The notes under the pieces are model-generated. The model was not told where the DNA came from, made no database searches, and saw only the letters and a program-made list of their open reading frames with translations. The translations under genes were made by a program, and so were the position numbers. A stretch of DNA of 64,000 bases from Kiritimatiellia bacterium (lineage in GTDB: Bacteria > Verrucomicrobiota > Kiritimatiellia > RFP12 > UBA1067): NCBI GenBank assembly GCA_045536845.1, contig JAZSOG010000025.1, positions 56,889 to 120,888 on the forward strand, read 5' to 3'. Of the stretch, positions 1 through 9,256 are shown piece by piece. The first letter of the stretch is position 1, and each line of letters starts with the position of its first letter.

Positions 1-1
1 C

Positions 2-1042
2 CTAGGAATCGTCGACGAAGACAGCGCGCGCAACTTCTCGAACTACGCGCAGAGCACGCTCGGCTCGCTCTCCCGCGCGCCGGTGGCGCGCAAGGTGGCC
101 GCGGCCGGCTGGTCGGACCGCAAGATGAAGGTTCGCGAAGAAGCCGCGATGCCGGCGCAGCAGCGCGCGAACGCCAGTCAGTCGCAGCTCCCGGCGAACG
201 ACTCGGTCGCGTTCGGCATGAACCAGTTCGTGCAGTTCCCGTCGTCCGACGGTTTCGCCATCATGCTCGACATGACGGTCGAGTTCGAGCTGATGCCCGA
301 GAAGATCTCGAAGATATTCATGCTCTACGGCGATCTTCCCGCCGTCGTCTCTAAGATCATCATGCCGCAGATTCTTTCGATCTCGCGCATGAAGGGCTCG
401 GACTACAAGGCCCGCGAGTTCATCGACGGCGAAGGCCGCCAGAAGTTTCAGGAGGAGATGACGGCCGAGCTCGTGCGCGTCCTCGGCGAGAAGCACATTC
501 TCGTCAGGAACGCGATCGTCCGCCACGTCGAGGTCCCAGAGGAGATTCTTGCGCCGATCCAGTCCGCCGCCGTCGCGAAGGAGCAGGATCTCACGAACAA
601 GACCCAGCAGGACACGGAAAAGCGCCGCGCCGAACTCAATACCGAAATCGCCAAGGTCGACCAGCTCAAGCGCGAGGTCGAGCAGGAGACGGCGAAGCTC
701 GTCGCGACCGTCGCCGCCGAGATGAAGAAGGACGTCGCCGAGATAAACGCCGAGACGAAGCTCAAGGCGGCGGAGATTGACCTCGAGTGCGCGAAGATAC
801 AGGCGAAGATCACCGAGACGCGCGGCTCCGCCGAGGTCAAGGCGAAGTTCCTCGTCGAGAACGAAGAAGCGCTCGGCATCAAGCGCCGCGCCTCTGCGTT
901 CAAGGACCCGTCGCTCTGGGCCGACCTCGTGTTTGCCGACGCGCTCAATCCGGCCGTCAACATCCGCGTGATCCACTCCGGCGAGGGCACGCTTTGGACA
1001 GACTTGAAGGGCGCATCCCTCGCGGTTCCTGCGAAGAAGTGA
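2..1042 (+). CDS. SPFH/Band 7 domain protein (5'-truncated by window edge)
   Basis: Frame of ORF 83..1042 is open back to position 2; FPSSDGFAIMLDMTVEF SPFH-like segment followed by a long Ala/Glu/Lys coiled coil; host-like codon usage. Confidence 0.75.
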   Translation, partial: LGIVDEDSARNFSNYAQSTLGSLSRAPVARKVAAAGWSDRKMKVREEAAMPAQQRANASQSQLPANDSVAFGMNQFVQFPSSDGFAIMLDMTVEFELMPEKISKIFMLYGDLPAVVSKIIMPQILSISRMKGSDYKAREFIDGEGRQKFQEEMTAELVRVLGEKHILVRNAIVRHVEVPEEILAPIQSAAVAKEQDLTNKTQQDTEKRRAELNTEIAKVDQLKREVEQETAKLVATVAAEMKKDVAEINAETKLKAAEIDLECAKIQAKITETRGSAEVKAKFLVENEEALGIKRRASAFKDPSLWADLVFADALNPAVNIRVIHSGEGTLWTDLKGASLAVPAKK

Positions 1043-1098
1043 GCGCCGCGGCTCCCGTAGCCGCATGTCGTTTCGCATTGCACTGACCCCCCTGCTTC

Positions 1099-1368
1099 CG
1101 CGCGTACGCGGAGGGGGTGTTTCGGCTTAGGTAGTCGGGGACTTGGCCCGACCTGCTCGCCCGACCCGCAGTTTGCGGGCACCCCACCGACATGATTTCG
1201 ACGCGCGCGCCTTCACGCGCGCCATTTACCGTGGCGGTCGAAATCACGTCGGGCCCGCAAACGTGCTCTCGTGCGACAGTCGGCTCCAAGCCCCCGACTT
1301 GTCGCTGATGCACAGGACTTTCTCTGCTGATCGCATTACACCGAAACACCCCCTCCGCTCCCGCGCGG
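1099..1368. repeat. ~270 bp foldback (nested inverted repeat) element, copy 1
   Basis: Arms CGCGCG-TAC-GCGGAGGGGGTGTTTCGG / CCGAAACACCCCCTCCGC-TCC-CGCGCG with several nested internal stems; near-identical ends at 56387-56612. Confidence 0.8.
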
Positions 1369-1466
1369 CAAATCCGACGCGATTTCGTCCGCACTATAAT
1401 CTCATGTCAAATTCCAACAGTAACAATGTCTGATTTTTGCGCGGCAGATTCGCCGCGCTGATTTTT

Positions 1467-1475
1467 TGCTATAAT
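1467..1475 (+). promoter_or_regulatory. Extended -10 promoter (TGCTATAAT)
   Basis: TGnTATAAT, preceded by palindrome GCGCGGCAGATTCGCCGCGC; equivalent site at 56705. Confidence 0.6.
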
Positions 1476-1561
1476 ATAAACGTTCTCGCGGGTCGCGTGG
1501 CCTTGCGGGAAACAGCCGATGCGGGGGAGAAATCCCGATAAGGCGATAAGATTTTTGCGCT

Positions 1562-1787
1562 GACACGCAAACGACGTTCTTCTGGGAACTTGGCGGTTTC
1601 AAATGAGGGAACGGAGTTTGGCGAGGTCACGCAGGCGGTTTATTCCGTCTTGCGTGTCCTTGTCTTCTCTTTCCCTCATGGGCACGCCAAGGCCTCCAGA
1701 AGAGAGAGAATGACAAGGCACGCATTTTTGTTTGCCAAGAATCCTCTCCAAGTCTCTTGCGTTAAAGCGCGCGAATGAGACTTGAAG
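1562..1787 (+). promoter_or_regulatory. Structured attenuator-like leader of MTase copy 1
   Basis: Stems 1578-85/1696-1703, 1589-95/1685-91, 1603-11/1671-79; alternative stem 1651-70/1705-24 followed by a T-run; final hairpin next to the start codon. Confidence 0.55.
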
Positions 1788-3323
1788 ATGGTAGCCGGAA
1801 AGAACTCGAGAAAAACGAAAGAGGCGCAACAAGTTGCGTCCGAGGTGTCGCGTATTGTCCTTGTCGGAACATACAAGGGCGACCAGCTGAAGAAGTGGCA
1901 TGGGTGGTACAACTATCCGATCTTGAACGCCGACAAGATAATAGCGGACGATGCGGCAAAGATAACGGAACTTTGGTTGTTCAAGGGCAAGAAGGAACAG
2001 CGAAACTACAAGGCGTCGTTCGTCGGCGTCAAGACGCGCCAGGAACTGATCGACGGCTACGGCTATCCCGCCAAGGGGAAAGCGCACGGAGACAAATATC
2101 TTCTTTTCAAGACGGAGTACAAGTACCGACACAAAGGAGAAGTCCCCGAAGACGTCGAGCGTGTCATTATCCGCACGGCAGATTTTGCGACCGCGCCCAA
2201 GGTGCGGAAGCAGCTCAAGGCGTATCTCGAGTCGCCGGACCGCCACGACCCAGATCTTGCAAAGCGTCTGCCAGAAATCATTACCAAGTTGCGACCGGAG
2301 CAGTTGCGCGTGTGCGAACTCGCTTATCAAATGGCACTTTGGGAATTGCCAAATTGCGATAGTTTGAAACCTGATGTGCCTTTCCCCGCGCCTGAAAAGG
2401 GCAAGTTCACTTTCATAGATTTGTTTGCAGGCATAGGTGGCATTCGCCTTGGTTATCAGTCACTTGGCGGCAAGTGTGTTTTCTCGTCAGAATGGGACAA
2501 GGAAGCTGCGAAGACCTATTACAGCAATTTTGGAGAAGAGCCATTTGGCGACATTCAGAAGATTGATCCTGCCGACATGCCTGATTTTGATATTTTGCTC
2601 GCAGGGTTTCCATGTCAACCGTTTTCCATTATCGGAGACAAAGAGGGCTTCAAGCATGAGACGCAAGGTACGCTTTTCTTCAACATTGAGAAGATACTGA
2701 TAGAAAAGAGGCCAAAGGCGTTCATGCTTGAAAATGTGCGTAACCTGACTGCACACGATGGCGGGAGGACATTTAGGGTGATATTATCGCATTTGCAGAA
2801 TGCAGGATATGACGTACACTACAAGGTATTGAACGCACTTGACTATGGCGTCCCGCAAAAACGCGAAAGAATAATCATCTGCGGATTCCGCAAGCCTGTC
2901 GCATTCGAATTCCCTCCGCCGATCCCAATCAGCCAGCGTAAGACGGTTGCAGACATCATTGACAGCGAAGCTGAAAACGATAGGTCGTTGCGTGTCCGTC
3001 CGGCTATTCGCGCAAGCCGATTACAGAGGATTAAAGACAAAAACTTCCCAAGGCCTTACATATCGCATGAAAATGTAGCGGGAACGATTACGCCGCACTC
3101 ATATTCGTGTGCCCTCAGGGCTGGAGCGTCGGCAAACTATATTCTCATAAACGATGAACGTCGTCCCTCGCCGCGGGAGATGTTGCGAATTCAGGGCTTC
3201 CCTGATGAGTTTAGGATCGTTGTAAATTATGGTCAAATCAAGCATCAGACTGGCAACAGCGTTGCGGTGCCAGTTATACGCGCCGTAGCAGAGCGTGTTG
3301 TAGAACAACTTCCTAACCTTTAA
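1788..3323 (+). CDS. DNA (cytosine-5) methyltransferase with extra ~190 aa N-terminal region, copy 1
   Basis: Motifs DLFAGIGG, GFPCQ, ENV, PQKRER, GNSV; ATG at 1788 (ORF track starts at TTG 1782). Confidence 0.92.
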   Translation: MVAGKNSRKTKEAQQVASEVSRIVLVGTYKGDQLKKWHGWYNYPILNADKIIADDAAKITELWLFKGKKEQRNYKASFVGVKTRQELIDGYGYPAKGKAHGDKYLLFKTEYKYRHKGEVPEDVERVIIRTADFATAPKVRKQLKAYLESPDRHDPDLAKRLPEIITKLRPEQLRVCELAYQMALWELPNCDSLKPDVPFPAPEKGKFTFIDLFAGIGGIRLGYQSLGGKCVFSSEWDKEAAKTYYSNFGEEPFGDIQKIDPADMPDFDILLAGFPCQPFSIIGDKEGFKHETQGTLFFNIEKILIEKRPKAFMLENVRNLTAHDGGRTFRVILSHLQNAGYDVHYKVLNALDYGVPQKRERIIICGFRKPVAFEFPPPIPISQRKTVADIIDSEAENDRSLRVRPAIRASRLQRIKDKNFPRPYISHENVAGTITPHSYSCALRAGASANYILINDERRPSPREMLRIQGFPDEFRIVVNYGQIKHQTGNSVAVPVIRAVAERVVEQLPNL

Positions 3324-3335
3324 TCCGAGCTTGCC

Positions 3336-4076
3336 ATGAGTGATAATTCTCCAAAGTTGAAATCGGTGGAAAAGTACCAGCCTGAGTACCCATTGGGGCA
3401 GTTCCCAAAGGGCTTTGCTCTTGCATTGGGGCGCGAAATTGTTTATCTGCTCGCCACGCGCGATATTCCAAAGATTGAGGGGGAGGATTGGGAGGAGATA
3501 TTTGCCAGATGTATCGGCGCGAAGTGGACCCCATCAAACGTGGGTCTGGACGATGTGCAATTGAAACAGATGGCATGGAGCGCAAAAACCGTGAAAAACA
3601 ACAACCCGTTCACGGTTCGCAACATCCGCCTGATCAGTGGACGCAATTCGCCGGATTATTCATTTGATATCGAGAATGTCCATGCAGAGGACCCAAATCA
3701 GCTTGGTGGAATGATCCTTGGTATTTGGAATGGACGGATAACCGAAGTTCGCAAGAAGTTTGCAACAACTCGAACGGTCGTTCTCGTCAAAGGCGAAGGC
3801 TTGGAGACGATTTCGGTGTTTGAGGAGGAAGCATTGCGATTCATCCCTGAGGATTACTACTGGGAGTGGAATTCTCATGATAATCTTGAAGGATATGAGC
3901 GGGCGACTGATAAAAAGAAGTTTACGTGGCAACCACATGGTTCACAGTTTACGATTTCCACTACTGCGCCAGACAATCGCCTGAAATTACGCATTAAGAA
4001 GCCGCCAAAATTGAACAAAGCTGATTTCTTGGCAGCAATCAAGTTTGATTCTTCGTGGATTGAGATCGTTGAGTAA
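3336..4076 (+). CDS. Putative type II restriction endonuclease, copy 1
   Basis: 246 aa immediately after the C5-MTase; WEEIF...LDD...SAKT resembles a PD-(D/E)xK variant; paralog at 59350. Confidence 0.7.
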   Translation: MSDNSPKLKSVEKYQPEYPLGQFPKGFALALGREIVYLLATRDIPKIEGEDWEEIFARCIGAKWTPSNVGLDDVQLKQMAWSAKTVKNNNPFTVRNIRLISGRNSPDYSFDIENVHAEDPNQLGGMILGIWNGRITEVRKKFATTRTVVLVKGEGLETISVFEEEALRFIPEDYYWEWNSHDNLEGYERATDKKKFTWQPHGSQFTISTTAPDNRLKLRIKKPPKLNKADFLAAIKFDSSWIEIVE

Positions 4077-4080
4077 TAAT

Positions 4081-4494
4081 ATGATGGTAAATGTCATCGA
4101 AACTGCCGCGCAAGCTGCTGCGATTGTTCGGGCGGAGTTGCCGAAGGTGCAAAAGGAAGAGCGGGTGTTTGTGCTGCCCCTCGACGCGAATGGCAAGATG
4201 CTTGCAAAACCGATTCTCGTGTCTGTTGGGCACGAAGACGGGACGACGGCGATTGACGCAGGTACAATTTTCCGAGAAGCATTGATGGCTGGTGCGGAAG
4301 AAATCATTGTCGCCCATAATCACCCATCAGGCGATCCGACACCAAGCAGGGACGATTACAAAGCAACCGTTCGGCTCAACGAAGGTGCGGAACTCGTGGG
4401 GTTGAAGTTGATAGATCACATTATTGTCGGCGCTGACGATTCCGCAAACGGCTTGGGCTTTGTGTCGATGACGGATTTCGCCAGAATATGGTAA
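4081..4494 (+). CDS. RadC-like JAB/MPN domain protein, copy 1
   Basis: E...HNHPSGDPTPSRDD...DHII JAB motif. Confidence 0.88.
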   Translation: MMVNVIETAAQAAAIVRAELPKVQKEERVFVLPLDANGKMLAKPILVSVGHEDGTTAIDAGTIFREALMAGAEEIIVAHNHPSGDPTPSRDDYKATVRLNEGAELVGLKLIDHIIVGADDSANGLGFVSMTDFARIW

Positions 4495-4503
4495 AATAAC
4501 TAC

Positions 4504-5046
4504 ATGAAGTTCGGCGTGGCGATTTTGATGGTGGCGTTTCTCGCTCTCTCAGCTTTTGCGGGGGCGAGGGTTGTCGTATCGTCGCTGCCGGAAACGGTGA
4601 GGCCGATGGCTGAGGTTGAGACGAATGTCGTGTTCTCGACAGGGGCGGCGGCGGACAACAAATGGACGCTGACAATTGAGCGCGACGCGGCGGCGAGCAA
4701 CAGCGTCGAGGTCGTGTTTGGCCGTGATGCGAACGAGGACGGCGTGCTTGGGGTCGAAGAAGGGGAGCTTTGCGTCGGCTGGGACTGCGGGGAGTGGTTC
4801 TGGCGCGACAGGCGCTCAAACACGGCGTGCCGCGTCGAGGGAACGGCCCAGCGTCTTGACATGACGCTCTACCTAAACCGAGACCGAGAGGCGAAGTCGC
4901 TGGCGTCCTCGGTGTTTCCGTCGGTCGTGTCGCCAACATGCTTCAACACCGACTGGAACCTTGCCCGAGTCGTCTCACGCGGCGCTGAGACCATTCGTGT
5001 AGAGAGCAAGGTTACGATTGACGCGTTAACGTTGAGGATTCGGTGA
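4504..5046 (+). CDS. Secreted hypothetical protein (partner of downstream toxin-like gene)
   Basis: Signal peptide; DANEDGVLGVEE Ca-loop-like motif; TGGTAAAAT ends 6 nt before ATG; 1 nt gap to next gene. Confidence 0.65.
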   Translation: MKFGVAILMVAFLALSAFAGARVVVSSLPETVRPMAEVETNVVFSTGAAADNKWTLTIERDAAASNSVEVVFGRDANEDGVLGVEEGELCVGWDCGEWFWRDRRSNTACRVEGTAQRLDMTLYLNRDREAKSLASSVFPSVVSPTCFNTDWNLARVVSRGAETIRVESKVTIDALTLRIR

Positions 5047-5047
5047 G

Positions 5048-7615
5048 ATGGCGACGCTCTTCCAGACTGTGCTGATGCGTCTTGCCTTGTGCGGGCTTGC
5101 GGCTTCGCTTGTCTTGCTTGCGCTCCAGTCGCGCATAGCCCGCGACACCTTCGCGCGACTGCTTTCCGCCTGGCGTTCGCTTGCCGCGCTTGGCCGCTTT
5201 ACCGTCTGTTCCTTTCTTTTGATCGGCGTTCTCATTGGCGGCGACAAGACGAACAACGTGCCGCCGAATATGAATTCGCCGCAGATGATGCAGGGGGTAA
5301 TTTCCCAGACAGGATTGCCGTTCCCCGTTCCCCATTCCCCGTTCCCCATTGCCAATCCTGTCCAAAGCAGTTTCGCCGAGCAGAAGTCCTCTAACTGGAA
5401 CATTCGCGGCGCGTGGAAGGATTCGTTTTGGCTGGACTTCGAGGATGGCTGGGTGTTTCCATGTGGCACGAACCATCTTTCCGGCGTCGAGGTCGTTTCA
5501 TACGGACAGATTTGGGCCACGCCATTTGACACAAACGCCGTCGCGTCTGCTGGCTTGCCGTTCGAGATCGTGCGTGGGCTCACGACATTCGGCTACGAGT
5601 TCACTCCGTCCAATTCATATCGTTTCGTCTGGAATGACGCGGCGATCAACCGCGACACGAACAACCTTGTCTCTGCCGCGCTTGAGCTTTTCCGCAACGG
5701 CGATGTCTCTGTCACGACAAACGGCGTCGCGGCATATCTGCCGCGCGTTCTTCCGTTTCCGCACAATGGCTTCGGGCAGGACGATGAATGGGTGATGGCG
5801 AACTTTACAAACGCGACCGAGATCTTTGCCGTCGGCTATCCGCAGTGGGTCAACGCGCAGGTTGGCGAAGGGCTGACGAATGGGCTATACAAGTTTACGG
5901 CGACGATGCCTGACGATCCCCTAGAGACGGTTCAGCTCGTTGTCGGCGACTTGTCGGTCGCGGTCACCAATGCTGGCGAATACGTTTTTCTTTTGGAGAA
6001 AGGGATTGATTATGAATATGGTATAATTCCTTTTATGACGAATGTTTCATATTCCGCAGTCGACGACGTGCCGCAGACGCGGGGCGTCGTGCGTGGGGGG
6101 CAGCGCTCTTCGCCCGGCGACGCGACGCGCACATGGACCGTCGATGGCGGATATGGGAACGAGCCGCAGACGGAATATGCGCTTGGCTGCGTGTGGTGGC
6201 TCCCGTTCTTCTTCGGATCGCCGGATGTGTCGCATATCGGGCCGGATGACGAAACGCAAACATTCACCGCCAACTTTGCCGACTGTCGTCAGCTGCCGGT
6301 CGCTTCATATCTTTGGACGGCATCTGATGGCCTGACTGTCCATTCTCCGAACGCGCAGACGACGCAGATAACAGTCGACTCGATGCCGTGCTGGGCACAG
6401 GCGAACATTTCCGTGACTGCGACCTTCGGTGGCCATGAGCTTTATTCATATCTCGACGGCTTAACCTACGGCACGAACTCCACGCCGCAGGTGCATCTGG
6501 CGCTGAACGTGCCGGACGCGGTTCTGCTCAACAGCAATGTGGTTAGCGTTGCGAAAGTTGCGGCTGCGGGGTGGTCGTTCTGGTCTGACGCGCCCACAAG
6601 CGGCGTTGTCCGCGTATTCTGCGTGTCAGGTGCGGACAAGGTTCTTGTGCCGGGGCTTGTGGGGGAGTGGGCGGTTGCTGACTCGTATTCCGTTGCAGCA
6701 ACGCTGGAGGGAGTGGGAACAAGTGCTGCATTTGGCGATGTTGTGTTCAGGATGGAGTTCTGCGGCGGCGACGCCACGAACGCAGTGGAGAAGGCAACGA
6801 CCGTCGTGCGTGTCGGTGACGTGCTTCTGCCCTCTGCTCCTGCAGACGGGCTTGTTGTGCTTACGAACACGCCGGTAGCGATGCTTCTCGACTGTGAACC
6901 AGCTGGGTCTGGGTCTTTTCTCTCGACAGCTTGGCACACGCGGCGACTGAAGTCGGACGGGAGCTATGATGAATGGCAGCTTGCCGAATACAACCATCAC
7001 GGAGCGTCAATCGTGCTTACGCCTTTGCTGGGCGGCATCTATCAGATTCGCGCGCTCGCGTCCGTCGCGGCAGGCGGAGCAGACGAGAGGTTCTATGTGT
7101 GGGATGCGGACGAAGACAGAACGATTGGACCTGCCAAGAAAGGCGAACCGAAGTCTATTGGAGTAGTCTCGCACGTATGGCAGCAGACATTGCGTAATTG
7201 TGCGCGAGATTTTCTCGGCAGTACTGCATATCTCAGCACGGAGGCGTTGCCGGCTCAATATGGATTCCCTGCGTATCCGGCGGGCGACATTGTATTCAAG
7301 TGTAATATATTTGTTGCGCATCGTATTGTGCAGTCGGGTTTGCCGTGTCCAAAAACGCGAGGGTGGTTTAATTCTTATCCGCCTCTTGCAAATGATTGGG
7401 CGGATACGTCATATGAAATCGGTGATTGGATTGCGCTGCCGTCAGAAGGATATCCTGAGCCGGGATACGTGGCCGCAGATCCAGATCCAGACACCAGTGG
7501 GCACATGGGCATACTTGATTTTGACGGTTTCGGCATTAGCGCAGGAATGGCAAACGTCAATCGTCATTTTGAAACTGGTTCGTCAAATATTGTTAGAAGG
7601 AAACTGGAGGAATAA
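5048..7615 (+). CDS. Large exported protein with C-terminal papain-like (CHAP/NlpC-P60-type) domain; candidate polymorphic toxin
   Basis: N-terminal hydrophobic segments, long beta-rich stalk, C-terminal KCNIFV...PPLANDWA...PEPG...SGHMGI Cys/His pair; GC appears lower in the tip. Confidence 0.6.
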   Translation: MATLFQTVLMRLALCGLAASLVLLALQSRIARDTFARLLSAWRSLAALGRFTVCSFLLIGVLIGGDKTNNVPPNMNSPQMMQGVISQTGLPFPVPHSPFPIANPVQSSFAEQKSSNWNIRGAWKDSFWLDFEDGWVFPCGTNHLSGVEVVSYGQIWATPFDTNAVASAGLPFEIVRGLTTFGYEFTPSNSYRFVWNDAAINRDTNNLVSAALELFRNGDVSVTTNGVAAYLPRVLPFPHNGFGQDDEWVMANFTNATEIFAVGYPQWVNAQVGEGLTNGLYKFTATMPDDPLETVQLVVGDLSVAVTNAGEYVFLLEKGIDYEYGIIPFMTNVSYSAVDDVPQTRGVVRGGQRSSPGDATRTWTVDGGYGNEPQTEYALGCVWWLPFFFGSPDVSHIGPDDETQTFTANFADCRQLPVASYLWTASDGLTVHSPNAQTTQITVDSMPCWAQANISVTATFGGHELYSYLDGLTYGTNSTPQVHLALNVPDAVLLNSNVVSVAKVAAAGWSFWSDAPTSGVVRVFCVSGADKVLVPGLVGEWAVADSYSVAATLEGVGTSAAFGDVVFRMEFCGGDATNAVEKATTVVRVGDVLLPSAPADGLVVLTNTPVAMLLDCEPAGSGSFLSTAWHTRRLKSDGSYDEWQLAEYNHHGASIVLTPLLGGIYQIRALASVAAGGADERFYVWDADEDRTIGPAKKGEPKSIGVVSHVWQQTLRNCARDFLGSTAYLSTEALPAQYGFPAYPAGDIVFKCNIFVAHRIVQSGLPCPKTRGWFNSYPPLANDWADTSYEIGDWIALPSEGYPEPGYVAADPDPDTSGHMGILDFDGFGISAGMANVNRHFETGSSNIVRRKLEE

Positions 7616-7621
7616 ATATTT

Positions 7622-8194
7622 ATGAAGAAACTGACAATAGGCGTTTTCATCTTGGCTTGCGTTGGGATGACGTGCGCCGATGACATCGTTTCGCAAGTGT
7701 GTTCGTCGGTGTCGTCGGTTGTTTCTGCGCTGCCGGCTGGTCGGCGCGGCTCACCTTCGTATATTCGCGAGTTCGGTGTTCCATTTAAGCAATGCGCTGG
7801 TTATCAAGGGCTTGTCAGCATCGTGTCGAACAACCAGGATTTAGTGTGCGCCAATTTCAGTGCATGCGCGACGAACGACCTTTCCAGGATGGTGCTGCTC
7901 TCCGCTTGGTGGGGCGGCGATGATGATTTGTATATCAGCGGCCTTTCGCGGAGTCTGGACTTGGCAATGAATGGCATTGTAACTCGTGATGAACTCGATT
8001 GGTATCGACGCGGGCACTTTAATGTCAGGCGAGCCAATATGCTCGCATTGCGGTATGATGAGCCGGGGATTTCAAATCTTGTGTCTCGTCTGTATGGTTT
8101 CACTGGAGAAACGAATGTCTACCTTCGGGTGCTGTCTGGTGAAGCGCGCATTAGCATTACGAATTATCTTGAGGAGATATCGCACACAAATTAA
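7622..8194 (+). CDS. Secreted hypothetical protein, candidate cognate immunity protein
   Basis: Signal peptide MKKLTIGVFILAC; starts 6 nt after toxin-like gene. Confidence 0.55.
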   Translation: MKKLTIGVFILACVGMTCADDIVSQVCSSVSSVVSALPAGRRGSPSYIREFGVPFKQCAGYQGLVSIVSNNQDLVCANFSACATNDLSRMVLLSAWWGGDDDLYISGLSRSLDLAMNGIVTRDELDWYRRGHFNVRRANMLALRYDEPGISNLVSRLYGFTGETNVYLRVLSGEARISITNYLEEISHTN

Positions 8195-8245
8195 GACATG
8201 CTGCATAACGACCTTCGGAGTGAGATTGACACGAGAGAATTTGAG

Positions 8246-9076
8246 ATGAAGAACAGTCTACTGTTTTTTGCCGCACTGTTTTCCCTTTCCGCTGTTTCCC
8301 ATACGGAAAGTGAGAAGTTTGACGCTGCAAGGTATATGGTAAATGTCGTGGATGCGAACACAAGTTTCGACACAATTTCCGATGCTCCGGCACGCGTTCT
8401 AGAATGGAGTCGTCCTGAAGTGTTCTTCGGCATCAACATCATTGGATGGACTGTCGACGAAAAGATGGACGCATTTGACGCATATATACGATACATTGCG
8501 ACGACGAATTGCGCGAACGAGGAAAGTCCTGACTATGTAGCGTCCATCAGCGCAATCGAGCAATGCTGCTGGATGTCACGCACGAACGAATTGGCGAGCA
8601 TCCGCCAATTCGTATTGAACACACAGCATCCTTATCGGAGCAGGATTACTGGCTCCGTGCTGGAGCTTGGCGGTTTAGACAATGAATCAATCGACTTTGC
8701 GGAGGCAATTGCGACGAATGCCGTGGCGTTCGGTCGAAATGAACGAGGTCGCGCGTTTGGTGTGCTGTGGAAGAAACAGTCGCAGGCGAGCATGGGAGAT
8801 CCGGTCACCAGCAATGCATGCGGCAGAATGACCAGTATGTTTTATCGAAATAAGCAATTGTCGGTCGCAGGTGCGCTGAGCATTGACAAGTTGCTTGCGG
8901 AACGGCTTAACGGATATGCCGCGAGTTCAAACCGCCTCGAAACGGCGTTGTTTGTCCTTTCTCAAACCAATCGTACGGATCGAGTGACAGAATACTTCAC
9001 GACTCTTACCAACCAGCTTCTTTCTTCTGGCCGGCCGCTTGAGGTTCTTGATGTCGGTGGGATTGTAGGCGAATGA
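8246..9076 (+). CDS. Secreted hypothetical protein, candidate second/orphan immunity protein
   Basis: Signal peptide MKNSLLFFAALFSLSAVS from ATG 8246; helical protein; same operon direction. Confidence 0.5.
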   Translation: MKNSLLFFAALFSLSAVSHTESEKFDAARYMVNVVDANTSFDTISDAPARVLEWSRPEVFFGINIIGWTVDEKMDAFDAYIRYIATTNCANEESPDYVASISAIEQCCWMSRTNELASIRQFVLNTQHPYRSRITGSVLELGGLDNESIDFAEAIATNAVAFGRNERGRAFGVLWKKQSQASMGDPVTSNACGRMTSMFYRNKQLSVAGALSIDKLLAERLNGYAASSNRLETALFVLSQTNRTDRVTEYFTTLTNQLLSSGRPLEVLDVGGIVGE

Positions 9077-9256
9077 GCTTGTCGCCCATCCCGAGGCCGT
9101 ATATGTATACGGCGAGCGGGACAAAGGACGAGCAAGGCGCCCGCCTCAAATGGCGAGCACGGTTGCCCGAAACAAAGCCGCATGCTGGAAGGCAAAAACA
9201 GGGCGGTTCTTAGGCCATTGGATTTGATGCCGGAAAATATGATACAATAGCAATCT

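Noticed and set aside
1400-1411. 12-mer TCTCATGTCAAA shared with 16139-16150 as a possible att core
   Set aside because: Short single match with no integrase or tRNA nearby; plausible by chance.
3336-4076. Naming a specific REase prototype or recognition sequence
   Set aside because: Cannot be supported without a REBASE search.
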